Shown here: piece by piece, positions 23,944 to 30,496 of the stretch
Layout: every line of letters starts with the position of its first letter
How positions within the stretch are numbered: the stretch's first letter is position 1
Notes under the pieces: generated by a model
What the model was told of the DNA's origin: nothing
The model's input: the letters and a program-made list of their open reading frames with translations, nothing else
Database searches by the model: none
Assembly: GCF_037013405.1 (NCBI RefSeq)
Contig: NZ_CP146064.1
Coordinates: 510,001-542,000, forward strand
DNA from: Candidatus Nanosynbacter sp. BB002
GTDB lineage: Bacteria; Patescibacteriota; Saccharimonadia; Saccharimonadales; Saccharimonadaceae
Direction: 5' to 3'
Length of the DNA: 32,000 bases
Position numbers and translations under genes: made by a program

Positions 23944-25290
23944 CTACTTCTCGACCTCAATGACGTGAACGCCGAGGCGTTCCTTGTGGTCAGGGTAGAT
24001 CTTGCGGAGGAGGCGAAGTGCCTCCTCTTCACTCTTCGCCTGCGGCACGATCTGCTGCCACACTTCCGATGAGAGCATGTCAGCGAAGCTACGGTAGATG
24101 CGGATCGACTTGATACGTACCACGCCAGACGTATGTCCAGTCTCGAGCTGCAACAGCCCTCCCGCCTTAAGGCGCTTGATACTGTTGTAGCCGACGCGAA
24201 CTTCGAGAGTCTTACAACCCTCCATGATGGCGTCGAAATAGGGCTTCTTGATGCGCATCTTACGCACACTTGCTCCTTCCTTGTTGAAGTTGAATCCCCA
24301 CTGCTGAACCACGCTGTTCGGCGCGTACCCACCGGGGAACACGCCCTCCAGGCTCCAGCCATGACGCTGGAGACAGGCGACCTGCCACGGCTCGGGAACC
24401 AAGTGGACATACAGCTTGTGACCGTAGTCCTCCAACAACCCCTGCAGGTCGATAATGAGTGCCTCAAACGCCGCCTCTGACGAGGCCACCAAAGGCATCA
24501 GCTTGATGGGCCGCCCCTTCTTAGGAGTAGCCCCAGCGACACCGACCACCCGACCGTCGCACTCAGCGACGAAGATGATTTTGAACTTGGTGTTCACGTC
24601 GCCAGACTCCATACGACGGTAACCAGCAAATAGGGCGTCAACCCAGTTGCTATCCACACCGTCGAAGTCGCCACTCATCTGCGACAGAATGAGAGCTCGC
24701 GCGCCGTCGGCGTGTTGGCTCTCATCGAACGGAACCACAGAGATGTTCGGCGAGTCAAACCCCGCCTCGTCAATGAGCTGCTTATACAGCATATGCTCAT
24801 CGATGCCGATCTTGTAGTGATCCTTCGCTGTTCCGGTGATGCGGAAGCCCTTCCGGAGGAAGAATCCCAGCGCCTTTTTATTCGGTTCTGCCACAGTGCA
24901 GTAGATCTGCCGAGCACCGAGGCTACGGGCGAAATCTTCAGCGTGCTTGAGCAGCATGCTTCCAACGCCCATCTTCCCTCGGTACGCCGTATCAACGATG
25001 AGGGGGCTGATCTTGACAGTCCCCTGCTTCTTCTCTACGACGTGGATGACTCCGACCTGCCGTCCATCGCTCTCGGCGATGAACATGTACTGTCCAGCAG
25101 AGAACTGGCCAACACGGTCAATGCCACCCGCGATGTGCGCGTCAAAGATGCGCCGCGCATGTGCGTAGTGGTCACCGTCATAAAACGGTGTGAGCGCCCG
25201 GATCATAAGATCCGCGACGAAATCGAAGTCGTCAGCCCTTGCTGGGCGCACGACGATGTTGCTGACTGATGCTTCAGTCACAATGTACAC
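23944..25290 (-). CDS. three-domain protein: GNAT acetyltransferase + degenerate GNAT-like domain + C-terminal ASCH (PUA-like) domain
   Basis: 448 aa.
- GNAT 1 has the acetyl-CoA motif A: LIVDTAYRGKMGVGSMLLKHAEDFA...ALGFFLRKGF.
- The second GNAT-like repeat (VVGVAGATPKKGRPIKLMPLVASSEAAFEAL...LQRHGWSLEG) lacks the R/Q-x-x-G-x-G/A loop.
- The last roughly 100 aa (MRIKKPYFDAIMEGCKTLEVRVGY...GVHVIEVEK) match the ASCH pattern.
- The start is a GTG at 25290 or 25281, after AGGAAGG. Confidence 0.75.
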   Translation of the reverse strand: MYIVTEASVSNIVVRPARADDFDFVADLMIRALTPFYDGDHYAHARRIFDAHIAGGIDRVGQFSAGQYMFIAESDGRQVGVIHVVEKKQGTVKISPLIVDTAYRGKMGVGSMLLKHAEDFARSLGARQIYCTVAEPNKKALGFFLRKGFRITGTAKDHYKIGIDEHMLYKQLIDEAGFDSPNISVVPFDESQHADGARALILSQMSGDFDGVDSNWVDALFAGYRRMESGDVNTKFKIIFVAECDGRVVGVAGATPKKGRPIKLMPLVASSEAAFEALIIDLQGLLEDYGHKLYVHLVPEPWQVACLQRHGWSLEGVFPGGYAPNSVVQQWGFNFNKEGASVRKMRIKKPYFDAIMEGCKTLEVRVGYNSIKRLKAGGLLQLETGHTSGVVRIKSIRIYRSFADMLSSEVWQQIVPQAKSEEEALRLLRKIYPDHKERLGVHVIEVEK

Positions 25291-25340
25291 CTTCCTGTGA
25301 TGGCTACGATTTTTGACGTAGCTCGGATAGGACAGTCATT

Positions 25341-25349
25341 ATTATATCA
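25341..25349 (-). promoter_or_regulatory. extended -10 box (TGATATAAT) for the GNAT-ASCH gene
   Basis: The minus strand reads TGATATAAT and overlaps the stop codon of the upstream ASCH gene. It lies about 45 nt upstream of the GNAT start, with AGGAAGG as SD. Confidence 0.5.
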
Positions 25350-25688
25350 TCGAGATAATATAAATTCAATACCCACTACCCCATGTAGTCTCTGGTCTTC
25401 AATAGAATAAAATTCGTTGATTTGATTTTCTAGCCATGCAACACTCTCGCCGCCAAATTTCTGCGGATCATTGTGCGAAAACAAATCATGAAACGTCGCA
25501 TAGCGCAATAAACCGACGACTGTAACAGCAGCAGTTTGGCTGGGATTGTCTCGATTGGTAAAGATAATCTGGTCGCCGATTTGAATTTTCTGGCGCTTGT
25601 CGTCATATAGCCGTGATTCGATGGTTTTATTGCCAGAAGTGATGGCGTCAAAAGGTTCGGTGGCTAGTTTTAATTGGTGTGTTGTCAT
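25347..25688 (-). CDS. ASCH domain protein (113 aa)
   Basis: HQLKLATEPFDAITSGNKTIESRLYDDKRQKIQIGDQIIF...YATFHDLF...GVVGIEF follows the ASCH/PUA-like pattern (L-K-L...F..I..G-K-T-x-E-x-R...GD). It has the same layout as the C-terminus of the GNAT fusion. Confidence 0.7.
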   Translation of the reverse strand: MTTHQLKLATEPFDAITSGNKTIESRLYDDKRQKIQIGDQIIFTNRDNPSQTAAVTVVGLLRYATFHDLFSHNDPQKFGGESVAWLENQINEFYSIEDQRLHGVVGIEFILSR

Positions 25689-25696
25689 AGTAGATT

Positions 25697-25705
25697 ATTA
25701 TATCA
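25697..25705 (-). promoter_or_regulatory. extended -10 box (TGATATAAT), leaderless geometry, for the 113-aa ASCH gene
   Basis: The minus strand reads TGATATAAT. The hexamer ends 8 nt before ATG 25688 and there is no SD. Confidence 0.5.
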
Positions 25706-25767
25706 GAATAAATTAATACTAACTACCTGGGAAGCGTAGGCTTTACTGTATCACTATTCAATAATCA

Positions 25768-26040
25768 TCAATCAACCCGCTCGGCAAGCGACATCACTTG
25801 ATAGCCGTATTGATCAATATCTTCTTGTTTCCAAAAATCGATTTCTTTCGTGCGTAAAACTTCGCCGACTACGTGACGGACTTTGCGACCGGTTGGCGTT
25901 CCGTCATAATTTACCTCAACCTGTTCCAAAATATCGCCAGGTTGGATGTCAAAATCAGCCACCCTCATATCAAACGTTTTCTCGCCCGCTAGGACTTTTT
26001 CGAATAAATCAGGGTAAGATTTTTTGGTGATAATTTTCAT
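25768..26040 (-). CDS. DUF3850-like / ASCH-related small PUA-fold protein (90 aa)
   Basis: MKIITKKSYPDLFEKVLAGEKTFDMRVADFDIQPGDILEQVEV...TGRKVRHVVGEV matches the DUF3850 pattern (P..F..V..G.KTFE.R..DRDF.vGD.L.L.E....TGR). I set the start at ATG 26040, which has TATAAT 7 nt upstream. The track ORF extends to 26121 and would overlap the divergent gene. Confidence 0.6.
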   Translation of the reverse strand: MKIITKKSYPDLFEKVLAGEKTFDMRVADFDIQPGDILEQVEVNYDGTPTGRKVRHVVGEVLRTKEIDFWKQEDIDQYGYQVMSLAERVD

Positions 26041-26047
26041 ACGTTTT

Positions 26048-26053
26048 ATTATA
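26048..26053 (-). promoter_or_regulatory. -10 box (TATAAT), leaderless geometry, for the DUF3850-like gene
   Basis: The minus strand reads TTTTATAATAAAACGT-ATG. The hexamer ends 7 nt from the ATG. Confidence 0.4.
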
Positions 26054-26084
26054 AAAGATGAATCATGAAACTGCCTACCTTTCT

Positions 26085-26093
26085 TGCTATAAT
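26085..26093 (+). promoter_or_regulatory. extended -10 box (TGCTATAAT) for the 125-aa hypothetical gene
   Basis: TGCTATAAT ends 12 nt before ATG 26106. It is divergent from the DUF3850-like promoter. Confidence 0.45.
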
Positions 26094-26105
26094 CAAGGTT
26101 GCCAT

Positions 26106-26483
26106 ATGAACAATTATTCAAACATCCTGTTCCCAGAAATAATCAATGAAGCGTTTCCAATTCTCGACGATGCATCATATATTCGCCAGCTGGCGTCTCT
26201 CGTTCCGCTCTGTCCTGATACAACATTTCATCTGTTTAGTCATAAGGGGCAGTATCTTGCATTGGTAATGACAGACTATCCTGACCCGTTTTATCAGAGC
26301 GAGGAGCTCAAGCAAATTTCTGGGGAATATAAATTTGAGTTCATCCATATTATCAAGCCTTATGCCAACAACCAGAGTATTGAAATTCGTCCGAACGAAG
26401 ACATGGATGACAGCTTTTTCGTTTCAGATCCGAAGAGCTATTATCGGTATTATTTAGCTGCGGTTAGACAAAATAGCCGCTAA
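26106..26483 (+). CDS. hypothetical protein (125 aa), acidic, no recognised domain
   Basis: ORF MNNYSNILFPEIINEAFPILDD...YYLAAVRQNSR. I chose ATG 26106 because the promoter at 26085-26093 lies inside the longer track ORF, which starts at 26058. Confidence 0.5.
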   Translation: MNNYSNILFPEIINEAFPILDDASYIRQLASLVPLCPDTTFHLFSHKGQYLALVMTDYPDPFYQSEELKQISGEYKFEFIHIIKPYANNQSIEIRPNEDMDDSFFVSDPKSYYRYYLAAVRQNSR

Positions 26484-26499
26484 CTGTAAGTATATCAGT

Positions 26500-26805
26500 C
26501 TACAGTTGCCCATTGGTTATCAATGCCCTGCCGTCGATCAGCTGCTTTGCTTTCACGTTATACTGCTTTGTCCATTTCAATGTCAGCACCAGCGCGCACC
26601 ATATACACAAAATCCCGATGTAATCCAAAATCTGAATGCTATTGTTATAAATGACGCCTCCAATGATGCCACCCAGTACATAATTCTGCACTTGATCGCT
26701 GGCGGATGACGGTGATAAATTACCTTTCCCGGAAATGTTGATGATTATCGTCAGCGCGAAAAAGCCAATCAACAGTTTTATTGCTACTAAAATGAATTCA
26801 TTCAT
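26500..26805 (-). pseudogene. truncated YetF/DUF421-family membrane protein (N-terminal TM module only)
   Basis: The 101 aa align by eye with the first ~105 residues of B. subtilis YetF (sequence recalled from memory): ...GKGNLSPSSASDQVQNYVLGGIIGG...WTKQYNVKAKQLIDGRALITNGQL. The ORF then stops, so the soluble C-terminal domain of about 120 aa is absent. TGCTAAAAT lies 6 nt upstream of the ATG. Confidence 0.55.
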
Positions 26806-26914
26806 GATTTGATTTTAGCACAGATATCTAGTGTCTCGGTATGACATACTTGGTGGCGGTCTTTATGTAAAGCAGGGGCCGAGAGTTCGTTTGACGACTT
26901 TAATCACGCACAAT

Positions 26915-27493
26915 TTAGGACAACCTATTCTTGGACCCGTATTTTTCTCTAGCTATTTTAGTATACTTTCTGATGAAATCACTTTTTGCATCAGTATACC
27001 CATCCCTATCATTCTCAAATTCCTTCCAAAGATTCAGTTTTAATTTTTCGTACTCTTTGGCGATGCTACTATTTTCAATTAGATAATCCCTAAAATAGAT
27101 CTCATCATTATCTCCCGCCACCCTAATGTGGAGATGAAATACCTTATCCGCAAAGCCCTGCTTGGTATATCCATTATTCAATGAGATTCGTTTTGCTTTC
27201 TGACTCATACACAGCCAATTATTTTCAACAAGAATATTTTTTACAGGCTCTAATTCTTTTTCCGACGGGACTTCAAGCAATATATCTACTATATTCTTTG
27301 CCTGTATATTTGGGATAGCTGTACTCCCAATGTGGGATATTCGTGTTATATATTTTTCCGGCACCAATGAGGAGATGGATTTTACCTCCTCATCATACCA
27401 GTGCACCCATTCTCGATTGTGTTCTACAAGAAATATAGGGAATAGTTGCCACAATTCTTCCAAACTCATTTTCTCTAGTTCTCTATCCATCAC
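26915..27493 (-). CDS. GrpB family protein (nucleotidyltransferase-fold, UPF0157)
   Basis: 192 aa. ISHIGSTAIPNIQAKNIVDILLEV, HLHIRVAGDNDEIYFRDYL and YEKLKLNL...DRDGYTDAKSDFI are typical GrpB motifs. AGGAGG SD is present and the ATG lies 6 nt after the kinase stop. Confidence 0.8.
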   Translation of the reverse strand: MMDRELEKMSLEELWQLFPIFLVEHNREWVHWYDEEVKSISSLVPEKYITRISHIGSTAIPNIQAKNIVDILLEVPSEKELEPVKNILVENNWLCMSQKAKRISLNNGYTKQGFADKVFHLHIRVAGDNDEIYFRDYLIENSSIAKEYEKLKLNLWKEFENDRDGYTDAKSDFIRKYTKIAREKYGSKNRLS

Positions 27494-27499
27494 ATCCTC

Positions 27500-28885
27500 C
27501 TACTCAAACCTCACCACAAACCGCATGCCCCGCCCGTGCGGTGTGAAGTCATAGTCAAGGCCTTTGGTGTCGAGTAGCATCTTCACGGTGTAGAGGCCGA
27601 TGCCACTGCTGTCGGCATGTTGCTTCATGTCGTCAGAACTGCGATAAAACGGGTCAAAGACGTGCTGGAGTTGCTGTTTAGTGAGTGGCCTGCAGGCATT
27701 TTCGATAGCCAGCTCATTCTGGTTGCAAGTAATTTTTATCACGCTCCTGACGTCGCCATGGCGCACCGCGTTTGACACCAGGTTTGAGATGACGTGGCGT
27801 ATCATGTCTCGGTTAGCGCGAATGGTCGTCGGACGCGCGTCAACCGTGAAAGTCATGCCGCGCGTTTTTGCTAGCAACATATAATCGTCAACCACCTCAG
27901 CGGCCAGCTTATCGATCCTCAGCCGTTTCTCCTGGTGCAAAGCCTGCTCGGCGACACTGCCAGAGCGCAAAACGTCATTCACCATCGCCGCCAAGCGATC
28001 AACCTGCGCCACCGATTCCGCCAGGTACTGGTCGCGATTTTTATATTCGCCGATGTTTAGTTGCATGTTCTCGAGCATGATCCGGAGGGCTGCTAGTGGC
28101 GTTTTTAGCTCGTGCGAGGCCGCACGTAAAAACGCGATTTTTTCCTTTTCCAGCTGCGTGATCCGCTTATTCTCATGCTCCAGCGAGCGAATCGTTTGCC
28201 ACAGGTTTTGATAGAGTTCGTTAATGTTTCGTCCTAGCACGCCGATTTCATCACTGCTATTTACTGGATAATGCGCATCCTTTTCCAGCCGCTGCATGGT
28301 CGTGGTCACCGCCGCCATCTGGCGAATCGGCCGCGTCACAAAACGGCTATAGATGTACGAAAACACGAGTGCCACCAACAGCGAGCCAAGCATGGTATAG
28401 GGTAGTACCTGCAGCGTGGCGAGCTTGGCCTGAGTGACAGGCGCCACATCGGCCAACAGCTTGACGGCGATCGTTTGACCTTGGCTATTCGCCACACTTC
28501 CCTGCCGCAAAATCACCGAGCGCGGATCAATTGTTTGGCCATCAGCGATTTTCACCACGCTGGCGTCAACCGATTTACCGCTGTCCGTCACAATGTTGAT
28601 CGACTGAAAACCCTGAAAATACTGGTCGCGACCGTCAATCGTCAGCGTGATATTAACATTTTTCACTTGAGCAAACTCCTGGCTGAGACGATGCATTTCC
28701 TCAGTCGATTTGCCACGTAGTTCAGCCACGAGCGCCGTGAGATTGTCCGCCGCCTCGCGCTCTTTTTGTTGCAGATAAAATTGCGGCATCAAGGTGTAGA
28801 CCAGCGCATGTACCAGGACGATCAACGCCGCAAACAGGCCGATTGACACCAAAAATGTTTTGGGGAATAATTTAAGATTCTTCAT
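27500..28885 (-). CDS. sensor histidine kinase (two TM, extracytoplasmic loop, HAMP, HisKA, HATPase_c)
   Basis: 461 aa. The H-box is FLRAASHELKTPL, the N-box is LVSNAVRHG and the G-box is DSSGIGLYTVK. TM1 lies at residues ~10-30 and TM2 at ~160-180. It overlaps the regulator gene by 14 nt. Confidence 0.9.
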   Translation of the reverse strand: MKNLKLFPKTFLVSIGLFAALIVLVHALVYTLMPQFYLQQKEREAADNLTALVAELRGKSTEEMHRLSQEFAQVKNVNITLTIDGRDQYFQGFQSINIVTDSGKSVDASVVKIADGQTIDPRSVILRQGSVANSQGQTIAVKLLADVAPVTQAKLATLQVLPYTMLGSLLVALVFSYIYSRFVTRPIRQMAAVTTTMQRLEKDAHYPVNSSDEIGVLGRNINELYQNLWQTIRSLEHENKRITQLEKEKIAFLRAASHELKTPLAALRIMLENMQLNIGEYKNRDQYLAESVAQVDRLAAMVNDVLRSGSVAEQALHQEKRLRIDKLAAEVVDDYMLLAKTRGMTFTVDARPTTIRANRDMIRHVISNLVSNAVRHGDVRSVIKITCNQNELAIENACRPLTKQQLQHVFDPFYRSSDDMKQHADSSGIGLYTVKMLLDTKGLDYDFTPHGRGMRFVVRFE

Positions 28886-29522
28886 AGCGATAACCCACCC
28901 CCTTCACCGTGACGATGCAGTCTAGGTGCAATTTTTTGCGTAAGTTTTTGATATAGACATCAATCACTCGGTCGAACGGCACCTCATCATCACGCCACAA
29001 TTTATCAATGATAGCCTGGCGGCTCCAGACCATGTTTGGATTATCCACTAGCAGCTTGAGCAACTGCACTTCCTTGGGCTTGAGGTGCGCGTCAGTATCA
29101 TCATAAAATCCCTGATAGGCAGCAAAATCCACCGAGGCCAAACCGCGCTGCCACAAGGTTTTTTTGACAGACTGCTGGCGACGAAGTAGTGCCTTAATTC
29201 GCTTTTCTAAAATCACCAGCGAAAACGGCTTACTCATATAGTCATCCGCCAGCTCGTCAAAACTCGCAACTTGCGTCGGCTCATCATGCAGAGCCGTCAG
29301 CATCAACACCGGCACGTCGCTGGTCTGGCGAATTTGATGCAATACCTCAATGCCACTCATCCCTGGTAGCATGATGTCAAGGACAATCACATCCGCCCCA
29401 GCGAACTTATCAAGCGCCTCCTCGCCGCTGGTCGCCGTTATCACCGTAAAGCCGCGCTGGCGCAGGAATTGCTCGGTGCCAGTGCGCACCGCTGGTTCGT
29501 CTTCAACCAGGAGAATGTTCAT
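28872..29522 (-). CDS. OmpR/PhoB-family response regulator
   Basis: 216 aa. The receiver domain has MNILLVEDE, VLDIMLPG (phospho-Asp) and SKPF. The winged-helix output domain ends in TVKGVGYRY. It has an ATGA overlap with the upstream hydrolase gene. Confidence 0.9.
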   Translation of the reverse strand: MNILLVEDEPAVRTGTEQFLRQRGFTVITATSGEEALDKFAGADVIVLDIMLPGMSGIEVLHQIRQTSDVPVLMLTALHDEPTQVASFDELADDYMSKPFSLVILEKRIKALLRRQQSVKKTLWQRGLASVDFAAYQGFYDDTDAHLKPKEVQLLKLLVDNPNMVWSRQAIIDKLWRDDEVPFDRVIDVYIKNLRKKLHLDCIVTVKGVGYRYEES

Positions 29523-30478
29523 TGCTCATATACCCGTACGTACATGTCGTACAATTCTTTTTTGTATTGCTTCACGGACTTATCTCCCGGCCATATCAAT
29601 TCATGACCAACGCCCATGTGCACTGGTGTCGTTTCATTTGTAAACGTGGCGCCACTGTTTTTAGCCATCTTTTCTGCAATGTCACTTGCCATGGCACCGT
29701 CAATTAAACGGTCCTCGCTACCGATGATCAAACCAACGTGCTTCAACCCTACCGCCTTCAAATCGCTGCGATAATTTTGCTTGATGATGACATAATTTGC
29801 CAATGCCCGGTATGACAAAGCGCCATCAAAAAATTGATCTGGCAGCAGATGATTGCCATAGACATTGCGCAGCAGCGCCACTTGCCACTTTGGTGCCTGA
29901 GAAGCATCCGGCTCATAGTACGGCGAAAGTAGCAGCACCCGCGAAAACAATCCATCGCCATATTGTGCCAACCACGTCGCCAGCGTACCACCGCCCGAAT
30001 GGCCAATCACGCCTAGCTCATCGCCCAGCCCGCTGACCAGCCCAGCACTATCACTCATAAAATTCACCAATTCACTGGCGCGAACTTTGCCGTGCTGCTT
30101 GCCATCTTTCAGGCCATGGTGCGGTGCTCGCGGCACGTAGACATTGTATCCCGTCTGATAGAACCAATCCGCCAACTCTGCCATCGCCGACGGCTCACCG
30201 CTGACGCCATGAAGAATCATCACCGCCCGCGCAGTTTTCTTGCCGTGAGTTTTCAGAATTGGGCGAGATTCTGGACGCACCTCGCCATTAGCCGCATCAT
30301 CAGCAATGACCTTTTGAATATCCTTCACCGACTGGTCATAATCACGCCGCTGAATGTGAGCCTTTTGCAGGTCAGTACTCCGACTTGGACACAGGAATAC
30401 CCAGGCAACAGACGCCGCAATCAGCACCGCCACGACACCGGCTATTGTTATCCCCAGCGCTTTACCACGTACTGCCAT
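29519..30478 (-). CDS. membrane-anchored alpha/beta hydrolase (esterase/lipase-like)
   Basis: 319 aa with an N-terminal TM helix (ITIAGVVAVLIAASVAWVFL), an ILHGVSG oxyanion region and the nucleophile elbow GHSGGG. SD GAGGAGG is present. Confidence 0.75.
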   Translation of the reverse strand: MAVRGKALGITIAGVVAVLIAASVAWVFLCPSRSTDLQKAHIQRRDYDQSVKDIQKVIADDAANGEVRPESRPILKTHGKKTARAVMILHGVSGEPSAMAELADWFYQTGYNVYVPRAPHHGLKDGKQHGKVRASELVNFMSDSAGLVSGLGDELGVIGHSGGGTLATWLAQYGDGLFSRVLLLSPYYEPDASQAPKWQVALLRNVYGNHLLPDQFFDGALSYRALANYVIIKQNYRSDLKAVGLKHVGLIIGSEDRLIDGAMASDIAEKMAKNSGATFTNETTPVHMGVGHELIWPGDKSVKQYKKELYDMYVRVYEQ

Positions 30479-30496
30479 GGCACCTCCTCATTCCAA

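Noticed and set aside
23940-24467. 175-aa Arg/Ser-rich ORF in an alternative frame of the GNAT-ASCH gene, same strand
   Set aside because: It shows the low-complexity composition typical of an off-frame reading of a GC3-rich gene. The main frame has clear GNAT and ASCH motifs.
23944-25290. GNAT gene as a TacT/AtaT-type toxin of a toxin-antitoxin pair
   Set aside because: GNAT toxins are small, single-domain proteins of about 160-180 aa preceded by an RHH/DUF1778 antitoxin. This is a 448-aa three-domain protein with no small upstream partner of that type.
20422-29522. BceAB-BceRS-type peptide-antibiotic detoxification module
   Set aside because: BceB-type permeases are single proteins of about 650 aa with 10 TMs, and the kinases are intramembrane-sensing with almost no extracellular loop. 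Here there are two 4-TM permeases, a kinase with a loop of about 130 aa, and 3.8 kb of unrelated genes in between. A looser functional link is kept as a low-confidence idea.
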